This document shows, piece after piece, positions 50,080-61,244 of a stretch of DNA of 64,000 nt. A program made the position numbers and the translations under genes. Positions within the stretch are counted from its first letter, which is position 1. The number at the start of each line of letters is the position of its first letter. The stretch is from the NCBI GenBank assembly GCA_964270895.1, contig OZ185439.1; one strand, 5' to 3'. The stretch comes from Podarcis filfolensis. Taxonomy: Eukaryota. A model generated the notes under the pieces. It was not told the origin of the DNA. It ran no database searches and saw only the letters and a list, made by a program, of their open reading frames with translations.

Positions 50080-50539
50080 TGGAGTCCTGTTTGTCTCTAA
50101 CTGTTTTCCCTGTTTAAATTCACAACACTTTAAACGCTTCTTTGATGTGTCTAGATCCAGCCTATATGTAGTGATTGCCTTTGGGAGTTTTTTTTTAGGG
50201 GTTTTTTTTTTAACTGATGATTTCATGGGGAAAGTTATGCAGGTGTTGCAAATAATAGGTGGGAACCACTGGCACAAACAGGTGGAATCTGTGGCAGCCG
50301 CATACAGAACAGGAGGGTCTGTGGGCCAGATTATTTAAAATTTTAATCAGAACTTTAGGAAAGACTCACTGGGGATCATGGGAATTAAAAACTACAGAAA
50401 AGCAGAGTTTAAAGCAAGAGTCTAAAAGCAGCAGAGAAAACACTTAAGACAGCTTCCAAGAACTTGAAAGCATTTCACCAAAATCCTGCTCAAAAAGGAA
50501 AGTCTTATATTGTGGTTAGAGGCCAATAGAGTGGTCAGC

Positions 50540-50705
50540 TAGGCAGGCTTCTCTTAGGACTTTTAGAAGACTTTTGGAAGACACCTGAAGGCAGCCCTGT
50601 TTAGGGAAGCTTTTAATGTTTAATAGATTATTGTATTTTAATATTCTGTTGGAAGCTGCCCAGAGTGGCTGGGGAAACCAAGCTAGATGGGCGGGGTATA
50701 AATAA

Positions 50706-50762
<57 letters not shown>

Positions 50763-50766
50763 TATT
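50540..50766 (+). mobile_element. L2-type 3' end with an (ATT)n tail
   Basis: ctgaaggcagccctgtttagggaagcttttaatg...ggaagctgcccagagtggctgggg...gatgggcggggtataaataaatt followed by (ATT)n at ~50706-50766. Confidence 0.75.
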
Positions 50767-52135
50767 AGAGGGTGTGCTAAAGCCTAGTCACAGCTTCTGA
50801 AAAGGTATCTGAGGCATTTTGGAGACACAAGAGACTCTCTGTCAAAGGTCAGAATAAAGAGGCATGATTCACAGTCAGGTCTGTCTTCTAGCCTCTCTTA
50901 GTTATGTTCTGCTGAGAGCTCAGCAGTATGGAAGCAAAACCACATGAAGCCACAAACTCTTCACATATTACTTGTGTGGACATGTAAAGCACATAGAATG
51001 CATCTTCTGGGCTATACCTCTGCCCCCATCCCCAGTGATGTGTGACTGCCTCCTCTGCTGTCCACATATTAGCATGGGTGACAAAAACAGGAAGGCCTAC
51101 AGATGTAGGCTTCCCCACATCCTGGAACTCAGTCATGCAGTCTGCTCAAAGGCTTTCCCTCCTTCTCAGATGGTGGGGCGGGGCAGCGAGGGTGGAGAGC
51201 CATGCATGAGCAATAATCTTTACCGAAGGACCCCCCTTCGCCTCTACCAGTGGGACTTGGTGTAGGCACCCTCAAAATTGTAGGCCTTAGCCTATGAGCC
51301 CCCTCTGCCCCCCAAGTTCTGACCTGTGTATGAGTGGTGGTGGGGCCAAGGGTGCAGCTTCACAGTCCCTTTCCACACCCTTTGCCTTTTCACGTGAGCA
51401 ATGCAAAAAGGAGGCCACAGAGATGCTACATAGGTATTGCAGTGTGAGTTACGGTCATCCTCTATTTGTCAAACATATTGGAAACAGGTTGATTTTGATG
51501 CATAAATCATGTTATTGTTTAAATTAATAGCAAATTCTCATTGATTTCATTTAGGATGAAATTTTACCCTAAGTCTCTGTAAGCCAAATAGCCTTTTCAC
51601 CAGTCCTGCTGAAAAAGAACAACAACAAAAGCTCTAGATACTGTAGTCTTTTTGCAGATTGCACCTTGAGTCAAATATTCATACTCTGTTACAAGGTTTA
51701 CATGAGAAATGAAATCTTCCTTGACATGGATTTTGCTTTTCCCCTAAAGGTTAGCATATTCACATGCACCTAATAACTATTAATAGTTGAAAGTGCAGCT
51801 GTGTTTGAGATCATTGTAGAAGCTTGCCAGTAGGGAAAAGACTTGGATAGAAAATCCCATTTGACAGGAGAAAGGGCAAAAAGAATATAGACAACTTTAG
51901 TATGCCAGGAAAGTTGCGTGGGATGCCTTCTTTTTACACACCCTTTGAAAAACTATATGGAGATCTCAACCTACTACAGCATATAATAAAGCAATATTTT
52001 TATATGTGGAGAATAGTGAGATAATAAAAAGCTCTTTATTACTGAAATTTAATAAAATGCTGTTTAGGTGTGCCCCCTCAGTTTCCTATATCATATGACA
52101 CCTATCATCTACTAAACCTACTAAGAGATGATATA

Positions 52136-52414
52136 CCGTATTTTTCACCCTATAGGACGCACTTTTCCCCCTCCAAAAATGAAGGGGAAATGTGTGTGCG
52201 TCCTATGGGGCGAATGCAGGCTTTCGCTCCGGGGACAGCTGGGAGGCGCAGCGTGTCTTCCCGCTGTCCCCAGACCTGGTCTGCAGGCGGGCGGTGGGGA
52301 GAAGAGCGCTTCTCCCCGCTGCCTGCCCCGCAAGCGCCTGGGGGGGAAATATATTTTTTTTCTTTATTTCCCCCCCAAAAAAACTTGGTGCGTCCTATGG
52401 GGCGAAAAATACGG
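52136..52414. mobile_element. Tc1/mariner (pogo/Tc2-like) MITE
   Basis: 27-bp TIRs CCGTATTTTTCaCCCtATAGGACGCAC (25/27 identical). TA TSD at 52134-52135 and 52415-52416. An internal partial TIR copy lies at ~52196-52214. CpG-rich. Confidence 0.92.
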
Positions 52415-54019
52415 TAATAGACAAATCATCTCTCAGAGTCTCAAAAAAGTCAGTGAGAGGTTTGACTGTTCGCCCACATGAAATTGGCACTGGTTGTACA
52501 CCAAGACTGATGACTAGGACTTTATACTGTATCTCTTTTTGAGAAGTGTGATACAAAACAAAGCAGTCCACCGTCACCACTGACTATCCTACTCGGTTGA
52601 ATTATGACTTGTGGTTCCAACAGTACCATTAGGCAGAGAGATTGCTGGGGAGGGAAACAATGGGATCATCTAGATATTCCCATTCTCTTGAGCTGCTGCC
52701 CCAGCATCAACACTAATGGCTTGTTGCTGGCCTGTGCTAGCTGGCTCAGTGAATTTTCTCCCAATGCATCGCAATCAGCACTGTTGCAGAGGAGAAATCT
52801 TGGCTGAGTGGGCAGGCAGATGCATCCAGCACAGGCTACCCACTCCAGCTGGCATGCCCTGTCTTGCTTGGCTCATGTGACACACACGGCCATCATGTCT
52901 GCATTGCAGCATTTGTTGGAGGGAGCAGAGGTCAGGAGGAGTGGGAAGTCACTGATGGCAAGGTGCTGGAAAGCAGAGCTGTATGTGCCATGCAACCTGC
53001 CCTATGCTTTCCAGCTCATATGCTGCATTTGAGTGTGGATGAGGATGCTGTCTGGTTACCCAAAGTGAAAGCAGATTCAACTGCCAGTCTGAGCGGTTAT
53101 TGTATGTGGGATGGAGAAGGGAAACAACTTATTTTCCTTCTTCTCAGGCAGCAAAGTGTATTGCAAGGGCTCTGATTTTTTATATATATATAGCTTCCCC
53201 ACAACTGGATTGCCTTGTGCAATTGCTTGTCACACTGAACCAAACACCTGTGAGTGTTGAGGAAATGGATATCATACACTTCGGATGATTCTTCTACCTG
53301 GTGACTATTAAATTGTACAGGTTTCTGTCGTTTTTACTGGTTTTGAAGAATTAATCTTGCTAAAACGCAGCTCTCAATGTTATTTTATGGTGTGTTGATA
53401 GAATATATGTATAACACATGGATATTTTATGTGTTTTGTGCTTTTAAAAAAGTATTCCCTCGCTATATGAAATTCATGAGTTGTAAGAACAAAGCATTAC
53501 AGAAATCAGCAATGGTGGCTTATAAAATGCTAGCAGCCTCATACTTGGCACTGCTTGGGAATTCTAAGAAACCAAAATAAAACATAGAAATCAGTGAAAT
53601 TTTGGAAGGTTCTGTCCACATGGATTCAAAATGGCTTCCAATCGCAGGTAAACATAGACCAAAACCTGCTCTTGGGAACAGGTGCATGCAGTCAGAGAGC
53701 AGCATGGATCTGTTTGAATGCCTTCTTGGAAACAGTCCTGGACTTCCCTTTGGCTAAGTACAATCTGAACGGGGATAGATTTCACATATTAAGGCTTGTG
53801 TTTGTGTACAAAATAACAATGACAAGTGGGGTAAAAAAGCTTTATTTTTCTGTCTGTATACAAAATAAAAATATTGCTTCTTCAGGACAGTGGAGTTTGC
53901 TTGGGTTCTTGAAGCAATGAGGTTGGGTTAGTAAAAAATTGAGGCCTGGCAAACCATAAATAAAAACAAATATTTTATTTTAAATAGTGGTGATGGGGGA
54001 GTTCCTTTGAATATACGAG

Positions 54020-54200
54020 TAACCAGACTGGATCAATCCAAAGGTCATCTAGTCCATTATCCTGCTTTCCACAATGTCACCAGATGCATCAAGAAGCTTA
54101 TACACAGGGTATGAGGCCAAGAACCCGGTTCTGTTGTTCTTTTCTCTTCCTTCAGCATATTCAAAGGTAGACATCATCCAAACCTGGAGATGGAAAGCTT
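54020..54200 (-). mobile_element. CR1-type 3' end relic
   Basis: ctggatcaatccaaaggtcatctagtccattatcctgctttccacaatgtcaccagatgc is the reverse complement of a CR1 tail. Confidence 0.6.
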
Positions 54201-54203
54201 GTA

Positions 54204-54423
54204 CAGTCGTACCTTGGATCCTGAACGCCTTGTGAATCGGACATTTTGGCTCCCAGACGCTGCAAACCCGGGAGTGTGTGTTCCGGTTTGTGAACGCTCT
54301 TTGGAACCTGAACATCCGATGCGGCTTCCAATTGGCTGCAGGAGCCACACCTTGGTTTCTGAATGTTTTGCAAGTCGAATGGATTTCCAGAACGGATTCC
54401 GTTCGACTTCCAAGGCATGACTG
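54204..54423. mobile_element. Tc1/mariner (Tigger-like) MITE
   Basis: TIRs CAGTCGTACCTTGG and the reverse complement of CCAAGGCATGACTG (12/14). TA TSD at 54202-54203 and 54424-54425. Confidence 0.9.
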
Positions 54424-56577
54424 TATATGGAATATACAAGTATATAGCCAGAACTGTATATAGAACCTCCAAGTTCAGAGACAGTCTCTCTCTAAATAAC
54501 CTGAAGTTGTGGAGGCTAACAACAGGAAAGGGCTTTGGGTCTCAAACCCTGCTTTGCTTAAACACGTTTAAAAGGGTGTGCAAGCCAGTGGCCAGCACCA
54601 CATGATGTGCTGTGTGAAGAAATTATTTCATTTTGAACCTACTGCTCCCTTTCAATTTCACTGGAAGATCCATATTTCTGATGTTACAGAAATGATAAAA
54701 ATCTGTGGTAACATGCAAACATTTGCAACATGTAATTTCTTATGTACTCAATCTGTGTCGTTCGTGCCATACTCAGAATTAAGTCCCACTATGTTCAGTG
54801 TAAGAGCCGCAGGCTGCATAAGATAGCCCAAATGTTTCTTGTTTATGTTTTAGAATTTTGAAACTCTTCAGGCTCAAAACTAATTTTTTTTGTAGCCCAC
54901 AAAACCTTATGCCTTAATAAATATTTTAGTCTGTTAAGATACCTCAAGACTAATTCTGTGGTACTGTATGTCATGTGCTCCTTTTGGGGAGAAGCTGCCT
55001 TATTTCGGTGATTGGACCAGCGGGCCCCACCACCTTAATCTGGCCTTGCCTCTGACGGCAGAGTCCTCCATGGTCAACAATTGTCATGGACTTCAGAGAA
55101 GGCTTCCAATGCATACTGCTGTTTGTAGTATCAAACTTCTTTTGGGTAACTCGTGTAAGAATGAAATGTATTGGATTGGCTCTGCAGAGAATAAGCTGAA
55201 GGTTACAAACATGGCAGTTTATAGATTTATCTTATTTTTTAAACTATAGATTCGAAAACCTACAACAACTTCAGCATCTGTGAGACTGTTCGGAGGGGAC
55301 AGGAAGGGAACTGCTTGAACTCTTAGTAACACCATAAGGCTATGGAAGCTTAATTGATTAGAGTAGCGATAGGAACTAAAGATCTAGAGCCTTGTTAACA
55401 ATTTTAGCTGTTGCAATTCCCTGTGTTGCCCCAAATGTAAGATGCTTATAGGTGTGACGTTACAGAAGACTTTTTAAGGCTTTTCCTTTTGTGATTTCCT
55501 TGCATTTTGGCAGAGAGGGAATGAACCAGGATGAATTTCCAATAATATTTTGTAAGCTTATTCTTAATTATTTGGGTCTCTGAGTGTGACACGAACAACT
55601 CCTGCAGAAACTCTAAGAGCTGTTTTCATGCTGAGTCCTTGTATGTTACATTAGTATTTAATGATTTTGCACAATGTAAACACATTGCTGTTCAAAGCTA
55701 TTTTTATAATGAGGAACTTTTTAAAGCCAAAAAATAGAAAAGGAAAATTTATAGTGAACTCTTACAGCAGTTAGTTGCTTGGGATGTGGAAAGAGTAGAC
55801 CCCATAAAAAAGAGTCGCAGTATATCTATGGACCAAACAAAACATTATGCTAATTACATGAATGCAATTAATGAGCACATGTTTAATATAGTAGCCTCTT
55901 TCTGCTTCTGGTGTGGTCTGACAAAAATAGCTTCTCCAAAAATGTTGTTTGCATTTCAGGGGATTTTTTTCAGGGACAGAAAAATCCCCCTCCTCTCCCG
56001 TAATGGTCCTAAAACTACTCCAGCATCACAAAGGCTGCTGTTTACTTAACCCAAAAAAAACACATTAACTGTACTTGCACAATTATAGTGTCATGTTTGG
56101 TTCAAAGCTATATGGCCTGGCAAATCGTATTTGGAGGCACAATGTTAGACTTAAATAGCTTTTTGTCACCCTCACTTTGCACAAAAATGTTATTTGTAAC
56201 TCATTGTTAAAGAACATGATTTCAAAATTTGGCCAAGACTGGATAGGTAAATGATGCCAACCGTTTCCCACCAGCACAAACCTCTTCCAGAGATGAAGCA
56301 GAACTCTTGGCCATGCATGTATCTCTGTGCCCAGATCCTGTTCTATCTATACCATTCTCTTTCACCCTTTTTGACCCTCTCTCCTCCAGCACTAGCTATG
56401 GCTCTATTTCCTTTCCACTTTGCTATCAAAACTCCCAGTGAACTCTGTCATATGCAGCATCTGCTGCTACTTCACTGCTTCCCCTAAGATTCTGGTACCC
56501 TAAAGCAATTGCTTAGGTCGACTTTGTAACTAACTAGATCCAAACTATATATTTTAGAGTTGTGAACTGGGCTGTTG

Positions 56578-56604
56578 TAGTAGTAGTAGTAGTAGTAGTA
56601 GTAG
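56578..56604. repeat. (TAG)n microsatellite
   Basis: Nine units read directly. Confidence 0.95.
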
Positions 56605-56699
56605 GGATAATTTATTTCTACCCTGCCCATCTGGTTATTTTTATGGATCATATTTTAATTTGAGATGTTGAAAAAGACAACACAATGTACATAATAATA

Positions 56700-56910
56700 A
56701 TTATTAGCACCTGTAGAGCACTTTTAAAATCATTCTGTGGTTTTTATAACAACCCTGTGAAGTGGATGAGTATTATCCCCATATTGTTGAGACTGAAAGA
56801 GAGCAGTTTGCCAGAGACCCGCCTAATGGGTTTCTACCTGGTGGTAGAAACAAGAACTGAACCACAAGCATTCAGATTTGCAGCTCTTTGTAGCTTGTTT
56901 AGGCATTACC
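56700..56910 (-). mobile_element. MIR/CORE-like SINE, old
   Basis: acaaccctgtgaagtggatgagtattatccccatatt matches the MIR core acaaccctgtgaggtaggt..attatccccattt. Confidence 0.6.
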
Positions 56911-57722
56911 TCTGAACACAGAATACCAGCATGAATAGGAAACCTAGAGCTGTGTATGCCATTCCTGCTTGCTCTTAGCTTCCCACGTTGAGTGAGAAGC
57001 TTTGAAGAGGGTCTCTATGTGTGTTTGACTATCTTCAAACCTTCCCACTCAGTGCCTCATACTTTGATTAGGATTCCCTCTTCAAGCATAATGCCTGACT
57101 AAGCATGTCTTAGGCTGCAGTCCTAAAACACTTCCCAAGTAAGTGCAAGCCCTCTTGAACTCATTGTGCCTTGCTTCTGATTAAACATGCACAACATTGT
57201 ATAATTAACTCACTGTGTTACACCAGTTCACTTGGAATGTATTATTTTAGCACTATTACAGGAATAAAATTTGAGAGCTAGTAGGAACAGAGTGCTTATC
57301 TTCTGTTGTACTTCTACATTTAGAAGCAATCAATGGAAGATAGGCATACATAAGTTCAGACTTGAAAATGCTGCTTCAGATATTTGTATTGTGTGATACG
57401 TACATAAGTCTAATTGGAAAACATAATAGGCACATTTTGATCATTGCAAAACTAATATGGATGTACTCAGTAGCTGAATCTTCAGCTTTTTAATGGAATT
57501 GTCAGGTGATGCAATATTTGGATGTACTGTGAATTCAGTAGTTCTAATTCAACGTCAACTAGACTTTGAAAATCCCAAGCTAAAAATTGCTTGAGCTGAG
57601 ATAGGTCTACAATTTTCAAGTGGTGCTAATGATGTTCTGTGTAAAGATCACAACATGTTGAAATTGAAATTCCAAAGACTTCCGTTGACAAACTTTCTTT
57701 TCCTTTCTATCTCTTTTCTTAG

Positions 57723-58199
57723 GTTACATATTTGGGTAAAGTTTCCACAACAGGGATGCAGTTTTTGTCAGGTTGCACGGAGAAACCAGTCATTGAGTTG
57801 TGGAAGAAGCACACGCTTGCCAGAGAGGACATCTTCTCAGCTAATGCCCTTCTGGAAATCCGCCCCTTCCAAGTTTGGCTTCATCATCTGGACCTCAAAG
57901 GAGAGGCCACTGTCCACATGGATACCTTTCAAGTTGCACGTATTGCTTACTGCACTGCCGACCACAATGTCAGCCCAAACATTTTTGCTTGGGTTTATCG
58001 GGAGATCAACGATGATTTGTCCTACCAAATGGACTGCCATGCCGTAGAGTGCGAGAGCAAGTTAGAGGCCAAGAAGTTGGCTCATGCCATGATGGAGGCC
58101 TTTAAGAAGACTTTCCATAGCATGAAGAGCGATGGACGGATCCACAGGAATAGCTCATCTGAAGAAATGTCTCAAGAATTGGAATCTGACGACGGCTGA
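57723..58199 (+). CDS. PID1: PID1 terminal coding exon, PTB/PID domain (158 aa + TGA): VTYLGKVSTTGMQFLSGCTEKPVIELWKKHTLAREDIF...ELESDDG*
   Basis: Open frame from the AG acceptor to TGA at 58197-58199. It has the PTB-domain start VTYLG and the segment ARIAYCTADHNVSPNIFAWVYREINDDLSYQMDCHAVECESKLEAKKLAHAM, which I recall as near-identical to vertebrate PID1/NYGGF4. The ORF-track start at 57732 is an artefact of TTG start calling. Confidence 0.97.
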   Translation, partial: VTYLGKVSTTGMQFLSGCTEKPVIELWKKHTLAREDIFSANALLEIRPFQVWLHHLDLKGEATVHMDTFQVARIAYCTADHNVSPNIFAWVYREINDDLSYQMDCHAVECESKLEAKKLAHAMMEAFKKTFHSMKSDGRIHRNSSSEEMSQELESDDG

Positions 58200-59725
58200 C
58201 TTGAACTCATTACTGGTTAAGCAAAAGCAGAAAATGGCCCTGGGAATAGAAGCATATAGATGAATAAGCAACAGTTCAATGTGGGAGTGATGGGGCGCCC
58301 AACATGTGACTGATCAGCTTTTCAAAATAAAGAAGCAATTCAGTAAATTCCCTAAAATATATGCATCTTTATAATAACTGCACCACATTGAAATCTGCTG
58401 CTGCTGTTTAAAAATGTGACAAAACATTTTTACTTGTGTTTCCATTTTACCTTCAATCACAGCTTCCAGCCCCATTTTGACCCTCACAGTTCAGGCTCGT
58501 CTCATAAAGATAATAAATTATTTCAGTTTGCGTGTTGAAACAAGTGAACAGTTCTAATGATAGAATCCTCTAGGATTTGTTGTTAGAGTCTTAATACAGT
58601 TGCAAATGGGATCCATTTCTAGAGAAGAAAATACAGTTTGGTGGCCTACTGCTAATCCTGTTGACCGCCTCCAGATAGAAGTAGCTACCTGCAGTCTTTT
58701 AGATTAACAGCCTGAAAATCTACATAAACTCACATTTCACAGTTTGAATATTCAAAGATGCTTATATTTACACACTATAATCATATGCTATATTTTATTT
58801 TATTTTACCTTTTTAATGTACCTGCAGCCACTCATTTTCCACTTTAGCCCTATAGTTTTTAAATACAAACTTGCAGGGATACCAGAACGCAGGTTGGGGA
58901 GCTGGGGGGACCTGATTGTGAACTGTTTTTGAATGCCTGGGATGACCGAACCACTGCTGAAGATTGTGAGAGATTGTAATTTGGTAATTAATGATAAACT
59001 TCGGTAATTAAGCAGTATATAAATAGCTTCAAAATAAAGATCCTGGTTAGTTAATAGTTATGCCTCGCATGCTTTCCCTCAGTTCTGGCATGGTATGAGA
59101 CCCTTAGTTCCACAGCAGTCTTGCCACCAGCTATGTCCATATTGCCCCCACTTCCTTGGGTATCATTTCTTAGGTCCAGTTTGATCACAGGGTGTCTTAC
59201 AGTGGAAAGGGATCAGGTTTGAAAGCAGATTATTTGTTGTGATTCAAAACCTCATACTAATATTTCCAGAACCCTTTTCTGGTCACAGATGAAAGGGTTC
59301 ATAACTTGAGAAAGTTGTTTATTTGTTTCTTTTTTAAAAAAATAATGTTTAAAGGCCAAGTGCTGATTAATAGGTTGCAGATAACGCTGCTCCTTTATAC
59401 ATATAGTCTTGTTCATAAATCGTGGTAATGTTAGGGGCACGAGGGCACCTTACAGAAGCCTTAAAAGAAAGCTAATCAAAGCAGATAGCTCTAGCAGTCT
59501 GTTCCATTGTGTGTGAATATGTATACTTTGTATGTTTGTGTGAGTGTGTGTATGTATGTCTGCGTGTGCGATCAGTGTCACAGCATGTAGATTGATCATG
59601 GGAACATACTGAGGAGGACTTGCACCTCTTGAAAATAATATGCTTATTGCTTTCCAATGTATGTAAACTATTCTGCAATGTAAAGGCATTCATACTTTAA
59701 TAAAAAAAGGTTTGAATCAAAGATA
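58200..59725 (+). other. PID1: Probable PID1 3' UTR
   Basis: AU-rich sequence after the stop codon with no recognisable TE. It ends at an AATAAA with upstream TGTA motifs and a downstream T/GT-rich tract. The end point is inferred. Confidence 0.6.
59699..59704 (+). terminator. Candidate main polyadenylation signal of PID1
   Basis: AATAAA preceded by several TGTA (CFIm-type) motifs (aatgtatgtaaac...aatgtaaagg) and followed by T/GT-rich sequence (ttttaggctctttgattttatgtgtac). Confidence 0.55.
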
Positions 59726-61054
59726 AATAATTTTAGGCTCTTTGATTTTATGTGTACATTCCTGTTTTATTTCAAATACCATGTCTCACTTTTAATATGC
59801 CATTTTACAACAGTAATTTAACTAATTCAAAGTTCTGCTGCAGCATATTAATGGAAGCTTAATATGACTAAAATAACCACCTTACCCTCTAATTAATTGC
59901 AATAGTTATTTTATCATTTTCCACTGAACATTAAATATCAAATTATTGCATTTTAAAATGAGCATATACTTTTATTTTGGTATGTGTGGACCCTCCTTCC
60001 CAGTCCCTAATTTGGCATTCAGAGCCAGAGCTGTAAAGTTCGTTGGAACTGGAGGTAGTGAGATGCTCTTTCTAATTTGCAGAGCTCTAAGAGAGGCTGT
60101 CCCTTGCTCCTTTCTCTCCACCTCATTTCTGTGGAAGAACAGCAGCCTATCTTTCCTACCACCATCCTTTTCAAACGGCCTGCTGCTGACTAGGAGGGCA
60201 AGGTATCTGAAGACGCATGCTCAAACACGGAGGTACTTTACATGTCACATTAAACCATAGTTCATTTTAAGCTATGGTTTAATGGCAATGTGGCCAACCA
60301 GTTCCCATTGTTTCCAGGAAGCTTTCTGAGAAACCAGCTGGTGCAAATTCACCCTTTGCCATAGTGCCCACATTTGTCTACATAATTGTCAGGGTGCCAA
60401 TTGCTTTAGCTGCTTGTGAAGGTCTTTTTGCATGAATCACATTGCTAAAATGGATGTGTGTTTTCTTGGCCTAGAAAGAAGTTGGATTCATAATGGTTCT
60501 TTTTATTTAAAAAATCCACTTTGTTGAATAGTAACGATATATTTCTTGAAGAAAAATGCCTCTCATTTCTGACCAATACTGCTCCCCCCGCTTTAATTCT
60601 CTATGGATTGTGCTTCAGAACTTGAGTATATATTTTTAATGGCTTGCTAAAGCAGAACAAAGGTCTGGCTAGCTCAGCCTCTCAGCCCCCTTGACTCCGG
60701 CAGTGGAATCTAGCCACCCAGATTTCTCTGGAAAGGGGATAATGAAGATAACTGTCATTTCTTCTTGGTGTTCAATATTTCTTTTTCTTTCTTTTTTGGG
60801 GGGGAGGGAGGATGGAGTTTCTAGTGAATATAACTTTTGAATTATTTGTTTCCAAAATAAATTTCTCTAGCATGAGAGACCATTTGTACTTGTAGCACAG
60901 TTATACTTGGAGCCAACTGTGTCATTAGAAATGTGTCATTAGAAGCTAAAATGAGTTTAATGATCATAATTGTAAACGTAGGAGGATGGGTTATTTTTCA
61001 CTAGGACCACAGGATCTAGGGGGATAACCTTTCCCTCTTAGCTATGATCTAGAT

Positions 61055-61244
61055 CAGGCATGCCCAACTTTCAAGAGACTGAGATCTACTCCCATTATAG
61101 AAAAAACTGGCAGTGATCTACCAAAGTTGTAGAGCTTTTTTTGGGAAGTCAACATTCGGTGGGGGGGGGGGAAGGGCCCCACGATCTACCACAGACACCC
61201 CACGATCTACCAGTGGATCGCGATCTACCTGTTGGATGGCCCTG
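61055..61244. mobile_element. hAT (Charlie/Chaplin-like) MITE
   Basis: TIRs CAGGCATGCCCAAC and the reverse complement of GTTGGATGGCCCTG. Perfect 8-bp TSD atctagat (61047-61054, 61245-61252). Five subterminal GATCTAC repeats start at 61083, 61115, 61183, 61204 and 61222. Confidence 0.92.

Larger units (their letters stand above)
2742..57722 (+). other. PID1: PID1 last intron (~55 kb, GT-AG, phase 0)
   Basis: GT at 2742-2743. A long pyrimidine tract (ctttcttttcctttctatctcttttctt) ends in AG at 57721-57722. I found no intervening in-frame PID1-like exon. Confidence 0.85.

Noticed and set aside
60248-60284. 13-bp inverted repeat cattaaaccatag/ctatggtttaatg
   Set aside because: It resembles the aaccatagtt-type palindromic MITE debris also seen near 20040-20240, so it is not a distinct element.
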